A stretch of DNA of 64,000 nt from positions 22,065 through 86,064 of IMG/VR virus record IMGVR_UViG_3300013800_000001; one strand, 5' to 3'. Made by a program: the position numbers and the translations under genes. This DNA comes from a virus. Taxonomy: Duplodnaviria; Heunggongvirae; Uroviricota; Caudoviricetes. Shown one piece after another: positions 26,041 to 35,064 of the stretch (its first letter is position 1; the number at the start of each line of letters is the position of its first letter). Below the pieces are notes generated by a model, which saw nothing but the letters and a program-made list of their open reading frames with translations, was not told the DNA's origin and made no database searches.

Positions 26041-27162
26041 ATGGAAAATAGCACTACACCAAGAAAGGAGCCATATATAGAAAAGGATGATTTAGCCTTT
26101 TTTAATGGGGTTATTGAAGATTTCTTAGGGCAAAGAACAACCATTGTAATGCTTCCATTTTCCTTAAAGTCTATAGAAGGTTTTGAAGGAGATGATATGT
26201 GGAATGAGCTAAAGAAGCAAGCAGTTATCTATTATAGAGATGTAAAAGAAGAGCTTCCTAGCAACTCAAAACCACAGGATTATAACAGAGTAGGAGCTGC
26301 ATCAATCTCTGGGTATGAGGGTATCGTTAATATGGCAGAAAGGATTACATCTATCGTAGATGAGGTAGTTGAAGAAGAAGAAGAAATAAAAGTATTTGAC
26401 AATGCCTTTGACAAAATTGTCCTCCCTAAAGGATTTAAGGAAAAGATAATAGAAGTGACCTCACAGTTGAAGGAAAGCAAGAAGATATTCGAAGAATGGG
26501 GATTGAATGACAAGATTAAAAAAGGAAAAGGAGTCAATTTGTTATTCAGTGGAGAGTCAGGAACAGGAAAGACTTATTGCGGAGAAGTGATTGCTGAATA
26601 CCTAGGGACAAAAGCAGAGATTATCTCTGTGTCAGATATTGAAGATAAGTACGTAGGACAGTCAGAAAGGAACGTCAGTGGAATATTCAAAAGGCTAAAA
26701 GGAGGCAGTGTGGTCCTTATTCTAGATGAAGTAGATAGTTGGTTAAGCTCACGAAGCGGGTCAAAACAACACCATGAGAACAAGCTCACGAACCAGTTCT
26801 TAATTGAACTAGAGCGTCATAATGGTATCGTTGTTATGACTACCAACCGTCCAGTGAAGCTAGATAAGGCTCTACAGCGCCGAATTGACCTTAATATGCA
26901 CTTCCCGTTTCCGAATCAAGAAGCTAGAAAAAAGATTTGGGAATATATAATCCCAGAAAAGATGCCTAAAGATGGAGAGATTGACTTCGATAAAATATCA
27001 GAGGCTAGACTCAATGGAGGTAACATCAAGAATGCCATTCTCACGGCAGCCAGAAAGATGGTGATAAAAGATGTAAAGCTCACTACAGATATTATTCTAG
27101 AGTCAGTTAAAGAAGAAGTCGCAGAAATAGAACAAGTCGCTAATTCGAAAGATCATTCATAG
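26041..27162 (+). CDS. Classical AAA family ATPase (FtsH/Vps4-type ATPase domain) with a unique N-terminal region
   Basis: Walker A SGESGTGKT. Walker B LILDEVDS. Second region of homology (SRH) TTNRPVKLDKALQRRID. Confidence 0.8.
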   Translation: MENSTTPRKEPYIEKDDLAFFNGVIEDFLGQRTTIVMLPFSLKSIEGFEGDDMWNELKKQAVIYYRDVKEELPSNSKPQDYNRVGAASISGYEGIVNMAERITSIVDEVVEEEEEIKVFDNAFDKIVLPKGFKEKIIEVTSQLKESKKIFEEWGLNDKIKKGKGVNLLFSGESGTGKTYCGEVIAEYLGTKAEIISVSDIEDKYVGQSERNVSGIFKRLKGGSVVLILDEVDSWLSSRSGSKQHHENKLTNQFLIELERHNGIVVMTTNRPVKLDKALQRRIDLNMHFPFPNQEARKKIWEYIIPEKMPKDGEIDFDKISEARLNGGNIKNAILTAARKMVIKDVKLTTDIILESVKEEVAEIEQVANSKDHS

Positions 27163-27165
27163 TAT

Positions 27166-28863
27166 ATGAAAATAATCGCTGAAAAAACTAAATACCATCG
27201 TTTTGCCTTTTATTACGACTATTCTCCAGAAAGGGTTGAATTTTGCCGAAGCTTGAAAGAATCTTTTGGATGGGCAAAGTTCTCTTTTGAAACGGAAGGC
27301 GAATTAAAGAGATGGCTTTTCAGCGACTCGTTGTTTATTCCTGTTATCAAAGAACGGTTTCCAGAAGTACAGATAGACGAACAGGTTGAACAATTAGTAA
27401 TGCAAGAGCAGAAGTGGGCCAATGAGCTTATAAAGCAAGAGAAAAAGATAGATGAAATCAGAAAGAAAGTAGACACCAGATTTGACGTAAGAGGCCTGAA
27501 ACGGGACCTGTATGCTTACCAAAAGGTAGGAGTAGAGTTTCTTACAGCCTCTGGTGGTAGAGCCATCATTGCTGATGCTCCTGGCCTCGGTAAGACAGCT
27601 CAATCTTTGGCTTTTATTAAGCATTCTAAGTTCAAAAGAACGCTTATTGTTTGTCCTGCTTCTGTAAAATTCTCTTGGCAGAATGAAGTGTCTAAGTGGA
27701 CAAATCTATCATCTGTAGTGATTGACAGCAAAACTGATCTATCAAGTGTTGATACTGATGTGAACGTGTGGATTATCAATTATGACATCCTCAAAAAGCA
27801 TTACGGTCAGTTATCTAAAATACGTTTCGATTGCATGGTAGGAGACGAAGTGCAAATGATTAAAAGTACAAATGCCCTTAGGACAAAGGCTTTCCGATCA
27901 ATATCTCGTGACATTAAGTCTGTGGTATTGCTTTCTGGAACGCCATTGCTCTCAAGACCATCTGAACTATTCTCCCTTCTAAACATTGTAGACCCTAATA
28001 CATGGAATAACTGGTATGATTTCGCTCGTAGATATTGCGCTATGAAACAAACACACTGGGGAATGGATACGTCTGGTGCATCTAACATTGAAGAGCTACA
28101 CGCTCGTATCAAGCGTTATTTCATCCGCCGAGATAAGTCTCAGGTGCTCAAAGAGCTCCCTCCAAAGACATTTATTACTATTCCGGTTCAGCTAAGCTCT
28201 GAGTACAACAAACAATACAAAGAAGCATCAAAGAACCTCGCTACGTATCTTAGACTTTATGCGGGTAAACAGCCTGCAGATATCGCTAAAGCTATGGCAG
28301 CTGAGAAACTCACTCAGTTGAATGTTCTCCGCCATCTCAATGCTATGGGTAAGGTAAAAGTGGCTATAGAACTGATAGAGTCAATCCTAGAAGCTGGTGA
28401 AAAGGTTCTCATATTCTCTTCATTTGTTGAGCCATTGCTCGAATTGCAGGATAAGTTTTACAGCGAATCAGTGATGATAACTGGACAAACTCCTGTTCAA
28501 GATAGAGGCTTCATTGTTAATTCTTTTCAGAATGATCCAAACGTAAAAGTATTCTTAGGAGGAATCAAGAGTGCTGGTGTGGGTATTACCCTTACAGCCG
28601 CCTCTAATGTTATTTTCCTTGATTATAGCTGGAATCCAGCTGACCATCAGCAGGCTCAAGACCGTGTGCATAGACCAGGGCAAGTAGCTAATTCTGTGAA
28701 TATCTATCAGCTAACTGCTATTGATACGATAGATGAAGACTTGAAAGAAACGCTTGACCGAAAACAGGGCATATTTGACCAGGTTATAGAAGGAAAGAGG
28801 GCTGTTAAGAAAGAAAAGAACGCCATGGACTCAGCTGTGCAGCGTGTGCTGGATAATTACTAA
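27166..28863 (+). CDS. SNF2-family (Swi2/Snf2) helicase
   Basis: Motifs LYAYQKVGVEFL, ADAPGLGKT, DEVQMIK, and helicase C-terminal QDRVHRPGQ. Confidence 0.85.
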   Translation: MKIIAEKTKYHRFAFYYDYSPERVEFCRSLKESFGWAKFSFETEGELKRWLFSDSLFIPVIKERFPEVQIDEQVEQLVMQEQKWANELIKQEKKIDEIRKKVDTRFDVRGLKRDLYAYQKVGVEFLTASGGRAIIADAPGLGKTAQSLAFIKHSKFKRTLIVCPASVKFSWQNEVSKWTNLSSVVIDSKTDLSSVDTDVNVWIINYDILKKHYGQLSKIRFDCMVGDEVQMIKSTNALRTKAFRSISRDIKSVVLLSGTPLLSRPSELFSLLNIVDPNTWNNWYDFARRYCAMKQTHWGMDTSGASNIEELHARIKRYFIRRDKSQVLKELPPKTFITIPVQLSSEYNKQYKEASKNLATYLRLYAGKQPADIAKAMAAEKLTQLNVLRHLNAMGKVKVAIELIESILEAGEKVLIFSSFVEPLLELQDKFYSESVMITGQTPVQDRGFIVNSFQNDPNVKVFLGGIKSAGVGITLTAASNVIFLDYSWNPADHQQAQDRVHRPGQVANSVNIYQLTAIDTIDEDLKETLDRKQGIFDQVIEGKRAVKKEKNAMDSAVQRVLDNY

Positions 28864-28874
28864 AGAAAAAGCGT

Positions 28875-29483
28875 ATGGCTACTGCAAAACTAAATATGTC
28901 GAAAAAAGAAAAAATAGAGGAATTTAATAGATTGAGTACTTTCAAAGATCCTAGATATAAAGAACTGGTAGAGTATATTCTTTCTGACCTAGAAAGTAGT
29001 GTATCTGGTTCTGGTGAAGGTAAGTCTGAAAAACCTAGTGTTTCTTCTATTGCTGTTGCACTAAAAAGAAAGAATGGGGATGTACCCAGTATTGAATCAA
29101 TAAAAAAGGCTATAGAAGAAAAAACACATATTGTCCCTTCTAACATTTATGCCAGGAAGTTACAGAATGCTAATCAGAGGCATCCTCACTGGGGAATTCC
29201 TCAACCACCTAATAAGTTAACGATAAATGCTTATCAATCAGGTGGAAGTGGTGTGATGATGGGCACCACACAGGTTAAAAAACTTCAGTCTTATGATGAA
29301 CTGAAAAAGAAATACGAAAAGTTGGGGTTAGAGCCAAAAGGTAAGAAAATAAGTGCCCTTCACTATGATGAATGGGCAGAAATACCTTCTAAACCTTCAT
29401 ACATTGAAGATAAGGAAGTATTGAAAGATTTTATATTGAGGAAGGAAGGTAACTACGATAACTACGATGTAGCTAGTTTCTAG
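28875..29483 (+). CDS. Hypothetical protein (202 aa)
   Basis: ORF track. Confidence 0.55.
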   Translation: MATAKLNMSKKEKIEEFNRLSTFKDPRYKELVEYILSDLESSVSGSGEGKSEKPSVSSIAVALKRKNGDVPSIESIKKAIEEKTHIVPSNIYARKLQNANQRHPHWGIPQPPNKLTINAYQSGGSGVMMGTTQVKKLQSYDELKKKYEKLGLEPKGKKISALHYDEWAEIPSKPSYIEDKEVLKDFILRKEGNYDNYDVASF

Positions 29484-29485
29484 GC

Positions 29486-29515
29486 CTTGACAAATGGAAA
29501 ATCATCATGTACACT
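29486..29515 (+). promoter_or_regulatory. Conserved promoter (TTGACA-N17-TACACT) upstream of the LemA gene
   Basis: cTTGACAaatggaaaatcatcatgTACACT. Confidence 0.65.
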
Positions 29516-29546
29516 TAGGATGTTAAATAATTAAAAAAATAATGAT

Positions 29547-30134
29547 ATGAAAATATTAGGAATGGCTTTGGGAGGCATTTTTTCCCTTGTATTTGTAGTA
29601 ACAGCGATAGGAATACTTTGGTATATAGGAGCATATAATTCTTTGGTAAGCTCATATGAAAATGCAGATACAGCATATGCTGCTATTGAGACCCAGTATC
29701 AAAGACGTTTTGATCTAGTACCTAATCTTGCAACCGCCACTAAGGCTTTTCTACAGCAAGAAAAAGATGTGCTTGGAGAAATTGCAAGAGCTCGCACTCA
29801 ATATGCTGGTGCTAAGAGTGGTTCAGCAGACCAGATTGAGGCTATGGGAAGTTATAGCTCAGCTTTGGCCCGTCTGATGGTTATTGTAGAGAATTATCCA
29901 GAGCTTAAATCAGATCAGACTGTGCGTGACTTGATGACAGAATTAGCTGGAACTGAAAATAGAATCAATGTAGCACGAGATAGATATAATGAGGCTGTAC
30001 GTTCATACAACGTATCTATAAAGTCATTCCCTAAGAATATGATTGCTAAGAGATTAGGGTTTGAAGAGAAGCTTATGTTTGTATCAGAAAAGGGTGCTGA
30101 AAAAAGCGTTAATATCAATCTAGATACAAAATAA
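29547..30134 (+). CDS. LemA family membrane protein
   Basis: N-terminal TM helix and LemA-like core (YQRRFDLVPNL...ENYPELKSDQ...RDRYNEAV). Confidence 0.7.
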   Translation: MKILGMALGGIFSLVFVVTAIGILWYIGAYNSLVSSYENADTAYAAIETQYQRRFDLVPNLATATKAFLQQEKDVLGEIARARTQYAGAKSGSADQIEAMGSYSSALARLMVIVENYPELKSDQTVRDLMTELAGTENRINVARDRYNEAVRSYNVSIKSFPKNMIAKRLGFEEKLMFVSEKGAEKSVNINLDTK

Positions 30135-30135
30135 T

Positions 30136-30687
30136 ATGAATACCAGAATAACAATAATATCTATTCTGTGTGTCTCTATAATATTTCTTATTATAGCTTC
30201 AGTTGGTAACTCAACCCCAACTGTACCAGAGCACATGAAAATGGATGATAGACCAAAGTCTACAGATATCCTAGGGCAGAATATTCCAGACGTGGTTGGA
30301 TATGTGAATGATGAAGCAAAACTTATAGATGAAATCCAAGAAGTACAAATAAAGCATAAAATACAGGTGTTTTCAGAAGAATCAAGCAAAGGAGAAATGG
30401 CTGTAGTTACCGTTAATTCACTGAATGGTCTCTCGGTCGAAGAGTTTGCCATCAGGCTTGCAGAGAAGTGGCAAGTTGGGAAAGAAGGTAAAGACGATGG
30501 CATTATCATTATCATAGCCAAAGCAGAACGAAAGGTTCGCATTGAAGTTGGAAGAGGAACAAATATAACTGATGCTCAAGCAAAAGGGGTTCTTGATGAT
30601 GTAATGATACCGAAGCTTAAAGAAGGAGATTGGGCTGGAGCAGTAGACTCTGGTGTAGACGCACTAATTAATCTAGCTAGTGAATAA
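30136..30687 (+). CDS. TPM (TLP18.3/Psb32/MOLO-1) domain protein with an N-terminal TM segment
   Basis: TPM-like core (EMAVVTVNSLNG...IIIIIAKAERKVRIEVGRG...AQAKGVLDD). LemA-TPM adjacency is a known bacterial gene pair. Confidence 0.65.
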   Translation: MNTRITIISILCVSIIFLIIASVGNSTPTVPEHMKMDDRPKSTDILGQNIPDVVGYVNDEAKLIDEIQEVQIKHKIQVFSEESSKGEMAVVTVNSLNGLSVEEFAIRLAEKWQVGKEGKDDGIIIIIAKAERKVRIEVGRGTNITDAQAKGVLDDVMIPKLKEGDWAGAVDSGVDALINLASE

Positions 30688-31126
30688 ATATATGGAATAT
30701 AAATTTGGAGAAATATATACAGATAAGCCGATGGTAGATGATACTGTCCAGCTACAAAAAGGCCTTCCGCTTCCAGTGGTTCTTTGTGAAGAAACAGGAG
30801 TGAGAATGCTGAACATTGATGCAGATGAAATCCAAAGAGGAGATCTTCAATTCATAAAAAGCCTTGGTTTGACTATCTCTAACCCAGATACAGACAGGCC
30901 AATTGCACTCGGAGTTGATTTTCTAGAAGACTCATGGGGTGAGCGTATCAACGATTATTTGAACAACGAAGATGATGATGACGATAGTGACTTCTTCGGT
31001 GGAGATGACGATGATGATGACGATAGCTTCCTTGGCGGTTTCGGAAGTGGAGGCTTCAGTGGTGACTCATTTGGCGGATTTGGTGGCGGGTTATTCAGTG
31101 GAGGTGGCGCTAGCGGGGATTTCTAG
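30680..31126 (+). CDS. Asp/Gly-rich low-complexity protein (148 aa)
   Basis: ORF track. C-terminal DDDDDDSFLGGFGSGGFSG...GGGASGDF resembles the tails of YgcG/TPM partners. Confidence 0.4.
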   Translation: MNKYMEYKFGEIYTDKPMVDDTVQLQKGLPLPVVLCEETGVRMLNIDADEIQRGDLQFIKSLGLTISNPDTDRPIALGVDFLEDSWGERINDYLNNEDDDDDSDFFGGDDDDDDDSFLGGFGSGGFSGDSFGGFGGGLFSGGGASGDF

Positions 31127-31127
31127 T

Positions 31128-31337
31128 ATGTCGAAGAATATAAAAGACTTGTATGAACACAGTAGACTTGATTTCGTTTCTGAGGATGCACAACATAGAG
31201 TTTGCTGGAATCAGAAAGAAAAGAAATGCTGTGATTGTAAACCTCATGACAATTGCCTTCTTCCAGAAGAGGATGCAGAATCACGTAGTTTTTTAGAATG
31301 GCTTGAAATAGAGAGATTGAGAAAAGATAATAAATAA
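31128..31337 (+). CDS. Small Cys-rich protein (70 aa). It is the distal in-frame part of track ORF 30972-31337.
   Basis: ATG at 31128 avoids overlap with the previous gene. CCDCKPHDNC cluster. Confidence 0.3.
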   Translation: MSKNIKDLYEHSRLDFVSEDAQHRVCWNQKEKKCCDCKPHDNCLLPEEDAESRSFLEWLEIERLRKDNK

Positions 31338-31349
31338 TATGAAAATCAT

Positions 31350-32666
31350 ATGTTAACATTACCAATTATTTTAGCAATATGCGGTGGAGGAATAGTAGTC
31401 CTCATCTGGGCTTTCCTAGCCACATATAAAGTTGTCGGTACAAACGAGGCTCACGTTATAGTGTTTATGGGTCGTGGACGTAAGATTAAGTCGCCTGTAG
31501 CCAATGATGGTGTAGAGGGGAAGACTTCTTACTTCTACATTCCATTCTTGATGAAACGGTATATCATGCCTCTCACCAACGTGAAGCTTGATATCAACGA
31601 AATTCATCTAAATGATGTAGAAATGGCACCATTTAAGTGTGATGTAGTGACCTGGCTTCACATCGAAGACCCTGTCAAGGCAGCAGAACGTCTTGATTTT
31701 AGCGAAGAAAACGTATTTATTTCACTTCATCAAGATTTGTCAGCCATTGTTCAGGCCATTGCTCGTGCGTCAGCCATGAAACAAGAAATCCTTGATATCA
31801 TGCGTGATCGTGCCACTTTTGCTCAAGGTGTAAGTATAGAAGTAGATGGCGTTCTAAAGTCATGGGGAGTGCAGCTCGTAAACCTCGAAATTAACGAAAT
31901 TCGGGACCAAGACGACTCTCAGATCATAAAAGGGTACGAAAGTATTCGTAAAGCGACTATTGCGTCTAAAGCCCGTATTGAAGTTGCTACGCGTAATCGT
32001 GAAGCGATTCAAGCTGAACAGGAAAACCTGCAGTTGGCTGAGATTTCAAAGGCAGAAGCTGAAAAGGCTTTTATTACAAGCCAAATTCTTCGAGATAAGT
32101 CTATTGGTATCAGTACTCAGGAGAAAGATCAAGATATTGCTGTTGCTGAAGCTATCACAAATGCCAAGAAAGTGGCTGCTTTGAAGGTGACGACAGTTGG
32201 AGAAGCTAATGTTACCAAGGAGGCTGCTATTGTTGAGGCTGAAGGACGTGGAGAAGCAATCCGTATTCAGGGAGAAAAAGAGGCTAATGTTGTTGCCCTG
32301 AAGGGTAAGGCCGAAGCTGATGTTGTCTCTCTTACTGGTAAAGCCGAGGGAGAAGCAATTGAAGCTAAGGGTCTTGCTGAAGCTCTTGCAAAAGATAAGA
32401 TGGCAGATGCTCTTGTTAAATTCAATGAGGCAGCCACTGGTATTGAAAAGATCAAAGCATGGGTTGAAGTGCAGAAGTCATTTGCTGAAGCATACGGCCA
32501 GATGGCTAAAAATGCTGATATCAAGGTTGTTACTAGCGGTGAAGGCGGAAATATCCTCGGATTACCGATGAACGCTCAAACTGGAGGTGACTTAGGCCAA
32601 ATGATTGAGGCAATGGGTGGGTTTGGAAAGATTAAAGACATGTTCACAGGAACAAAGTCTGAATAA
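31350..32666 (+). CDS. SPFH/band-7 flotillin-like protein
   Basis: N-terminal TM helix, band-7 domain, then a long Ala/Glu/Lys-rich coiled coil with AEA/EAK repeats typical of flotillins. Confidence 0.75.
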   Translation: MLTLPIILAICGGGIVVLIWAFLATYKVVGTNEAHVIVFMGRGRKIKSPVANDGVEGKTSYFYIPFLMKRYIMPLTNVKLDINEIHLNDVEMAPFKCDVVTWLHIEDPVKAAERLDFSEENVFISLHQDLSAIVQAIARASAMKQEILDIMRDRATFAQGVSIEVDGVLKSWGVQLVNLEINEIRDQDDSQIIKGYESIRKATIASKARIEVATRNREAIQAEQENLQLAEISKAEAEKAFITSQILRDKSIGISTQEKDQDIAVAEAITNAKKVAALKVTTVGEANVTKEAAIVEAEGRGEAIRIQGEKEANVVALKGKAEADVVSLTGKAEGEAIEAKGLAEALAKDKMADALVKFNEAATGIEKIKAWVEVQKSFAEAYGQMAKNADIKVVTSGEGGNILGLPMNAQTGGDLGQMIEAMGGFGKIKDMFTGTKSE

Positions 32667-32681
32667 CAACAGATGTCTGTA

Positions 32682-32710
32682 TAAAGCCCACCATTCGGTG
32701 GGTTTTATAT
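32682..32710 (+). terminator. Rho-independent terminator
   Basis: AAGCCCACC-attc-GGTGGGTT then TTATATT. Confidence 0.65.
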
Positions 32711-32750
32711 TGGGCTTCTGGTAAGCTAAATTCATATTAAAAAATTCATT

Positions 32751-32963
32751 ATGAAGATAACATTTCAAGCAGATCCGGAGGATCCAGTGTACCCAATTAT
32801 GCACGGCAGGACTCCTGCTGCTAAAGAATTTAACAAAAGAATGAAAAAGTTTTGGAAGGACGGTGTCTTTGACAAAACAAACTTTTCAGAGTTCATCACT
32901 ACTTCTCTTATGGAGATGTTGATAGATGACTATAATTTAAGGCATAAAAAAGCCAATAAATAA
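32751..32963 (+). CDS. Hypothetical protein (70 aa)
   Basis: ORF track. Confidence 0.4.
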   Translation: MKITFQADPEDPVYPIMHGRTPAAKEFNKRMKKFWKDGVFDKTNFSEFITTSLMEMLIDDYNLRHKKANK

Positions 32964-32973
32964 CTTCAAAACC

Positions 32974-33210
32974 ATGAAGCCTAAAATGAAGCCGAAGCCA
33001 AAGAAGGATAATGTTTTCGGAACAACTAAGAAACTTAGCCCTAAGACTAAGAAGAAGATTGCTCCACTTGAATCATTTTGGAAGAAAAAGCTAAAGAAAG
33101 CCATGTTATCTGACAACTCAGATGTTTGGGTAGCTGGTTTTATTACAGGGTCATTCCTGGTGTTATCTATTGCCTTTGCCGTATTTGAATCAATAATAAG
33201 GAGTCGTTGA
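32974..33210 (+). CDS. Small basic protein with a C-terminal TM helix (78 aa)
   Basis: ORF track. Confidence 0.45.
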   Translation: MKPKMKPKPKKDNVFGTTKKLSPKTKKKIAPLESFWKKKLKKAMLSDNSDVWVAGFITGSFLVLSIAFAVFESIIRSR

Positions 33211-33236
33211 CTCGTGAACTGAATACTTAAAGACGT

Positions 33237-33533
33237 ATGATAGAAGAATTAACAGGGATTAAATTAACTCATGCTACAGCTGGTTTTCTAGGAGGTTTGA
33301 CAGCTTACCTCGTAAATCCACACATGCATTGGAGAGACGGAGCAGCATTAATGATTATTGGAGGAGTATCATCATATTATCTGATACCAGCCATTTCTGA
33401 ATATTTTACACTTTCTATAGCTACAGCTAGCTTTATTGGCTACGCTGTTGGGCTCATAGCTCAGGGTTTTATACTGAGAGCTAAAGAAAAGATTATAGAA
33501 AAACTCGTATCACGAGTAGAATCGCAGATTTAA
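33237..33533 (+). CDS. Small multi-TM membrane protein (holin-like topology)
   Basis: ORF track. Two or three hydrophobic segments. Confidence 0.45.
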   Translation: MIEELTGIKLTHATAGFLGGLTAYLVNPHMHWRDGAALMIIGGVSSYYLIPAISEYFTLSIATASFIGYAVGLIAQGFILRAKEKIIEKLVSRVESQI

Positions 33534-33586
33534 CGGTCTGACTTCTAGGCTTAAACGCTTAGAGTTAGTTCATTAAACCGGTTATA

Positions 33587-33652
33587 TGGGGGGATAGTTG
33601 GAAAACTCTTGACTCTTGTCACGAGTCGTAGGTTCGATCCCTACTCCCTCAA
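33587..33652 (+). ncRNA. Plus-strand tRNA-like element without a variable loop or a proper D-loop (anticodon-like loop TTGTCAC, GTC)
   Basis: Perfect T-arm GTAGG-TTCGATC-CCTAC. Stem-loop GACTC-TTGTCAC-GAGTC. Acceptor TGGGGGG/TCCCTCA with two G-U pairs. Only about 66 nt. Confidence 0.35.
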
Positions 33653-33677
33653 CCTAACCAACAACATAGAAAAGGAG

Positions 33678-33863
33678 ATGAGAATTGTGGAATGCCCTCG
33701 TTGTAGCGCAACCATGCTCTCATCTCAACACATAGAGACAGAGCAACTTGGTGCGGTAACTATCCGTACTGTTACTCATAAGGCAGAGTGTCCTAAATGC
33801 TCAGCCATGATAAAGACTATTCTGCCAACCGTAACTCCCATTTTAAGGATAAAGGGGAAATAA
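33678..33863 (+). CDS. Zinc-ribbon protein (CPRC...CPKC, 62 aa). Start moved to the Met with an AAAGGAG ribosome-binding site.
   Basis: Internal ATG of track ORF 33609-33863. A Shine-Dalgarno sequence lies 6 nt upstream. Confidence 0.45.
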   Translation: MRIVECPRCSATMLSSQHIETEQLGAVTIRTVTHKAECPKCSAMIKTILPTVTPILRIKGK

Positions 33864-33865
33864 AA

Positions 33866-34045
33866 ATGCTGATCTGCCCTAAGTGTGACCACCCAATGCA
33901 ACTGCGTGGAGGTATCGATGTCATCTGCGACGAATACGAGTGCGACTGTGGCCTGGAAATCAAGGCCCCCAAGAACACCGTCAAAGTCGGCGATCATCGT
34001 CAATTCAACCTCCCCCTGGTACAGGGTGCGAAAATCAACCCATGA
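33866..34045 (+). CDS. Zinc-ribbon protein paralogue (CPKC...CDC, 59 aa) in a GC-rich island
   Basis: Internal ATG of track ORF 33797-34045 with a ribosome-binding site AAAGGGGAAATAAAA. Local GC is about 55% against about 38% around it. Confidence 0.45.
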   Translation: MLICPKCDHPMQLRGGIDVICDEYECDCGLEIKAPKNTVKVGDHRQFNLPLVQGAKINP

Positions 34046-34079
34046 GCATCTCGAAAGGAGGTGATCCTTTTCTACGGCA

Positions 34080-34110
34080 GGGCGAGCCGTTAAATCGCCC
34101 CTTTTTCTTA
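34080..34110 (+). terminator. Rho-independent terminator
   Basis: GGGCGA-gccgttaaa-TCGCCC then CTTTTTCTT. Confidence 0.6.
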
Positions 34111-34195
34111 CTTGACCGTTTTGCTCCATGATGAGAAAATTAAGACACTAAAAGTACTTTGAAAACTGAGTGTCTAGTCATGTTATGTCACACAT

Positions 34196-34612
34196 ATGTC
34201 ACGTATTTCAAAAGTCAAGTTAATGTCATTATTAAAGGATAATATTAGAAGCATGATTGCTAATCACGAGCAACATCGTCTAGGTAAAGTCCTTACCATC
34301 ATTGATGCTTCCATCAGTGATCCAGAACAGAGAAAAGGTCTCAAAGACCTAGTGAAAGAAGCATTTTGGGCAGAAGTTTACTTCTCTCAACATCTTCCAA
34401 ACCTAATAGAGCAATTCGTAAATAGATTAGGTATCTATGATATATACCAATCTAGTAAACAAGAAAGAGATTTCAAACTGGGGTCACTTCGTGTATCAGA
34501 TGAAGATAGACTAAATCCGTCTTACATAGAGGATTTCTTCCCTGAACTACATATTCAAGAAGATCCAGGAGTTACATCAGGTGAGGCAAACTCACCGAGT
34601 AGCAAAAACTAA
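34196..34612 (+). CDS. Hypothetical protein (138 aa)
   Basis: ORF track. Confidence 0.5.
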   Translation: MSRISKVKLMSLLKDNIRSMIANHEQHRLGKVLTIIDASISDPEQRKGLKDLVKEAFWAEVYFSQHLPNLIEQFVNRLGIYDIYQSSKQERDFKLGSLRVSDEDRLNPSYIEDFFPELHIQEDPGVTSGEANSPSSKN

Positions 34613-34837
34613 TCTAATCAGTAGATTAGGCACTCAGCTTTAAGAGCTATTTTTATACAAGAAAGACATTTTTAAGAGTTAGTTAGAAGTTAAGACCCGT
34701 ATCACGGTATGGGCAGTAATATTTAACATCAACCTCTGAAACACAATGCATTTCACAAAAGGTTATTACATAGGTTAAGAAGAAAAAGGGCTAAGTTTAG
34801 GCTGTTTTTCGAACAAGGATTAGGATGCTTTGATTTA

Positions 34838-35056
34838 ATGGTGTTCTTTGCAATATTATCAGTGATTGTCATGTTTCTTACCCTTTTATTTCCAGAAGAA
34901 GCTATGGCAGACCCTAAAAGTCGTTTCGAGCTCTATCAACAAGAACATCCTATTGAGAGGAGGAAATATCAGCCTCCTACACCAAAAACTGAGGAAAGCA
35001 TATCCATTGATGAATATCATAAAAAGTTAGAAGAAAAACGCTTAAACAAGCAATAA
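34838..35056 (+). CDS. Small protein with an N-terminal TM helix (72 aa)
   Basis: ORF track. It lies directly upstream of the M23 peptidase gene. Confidence 0.45.
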   Translation: MVFFAILSVIVMFLTLLFPEEAMADPKSRFELYQQEHPIERRKYQPPTPKTEESISIDEYHKKLEEKRLNKQ

Positions 35057-35064
35057 AGTAGATT

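Noticed and set aside
30972-31337. Long form of the 121-aa ORF
   Set aside because: The first 52 codons overlap the end of the Asp/Gly-rich gene in another frame. Only the distal part from the ATG at 31128 is kept, at low confidence.
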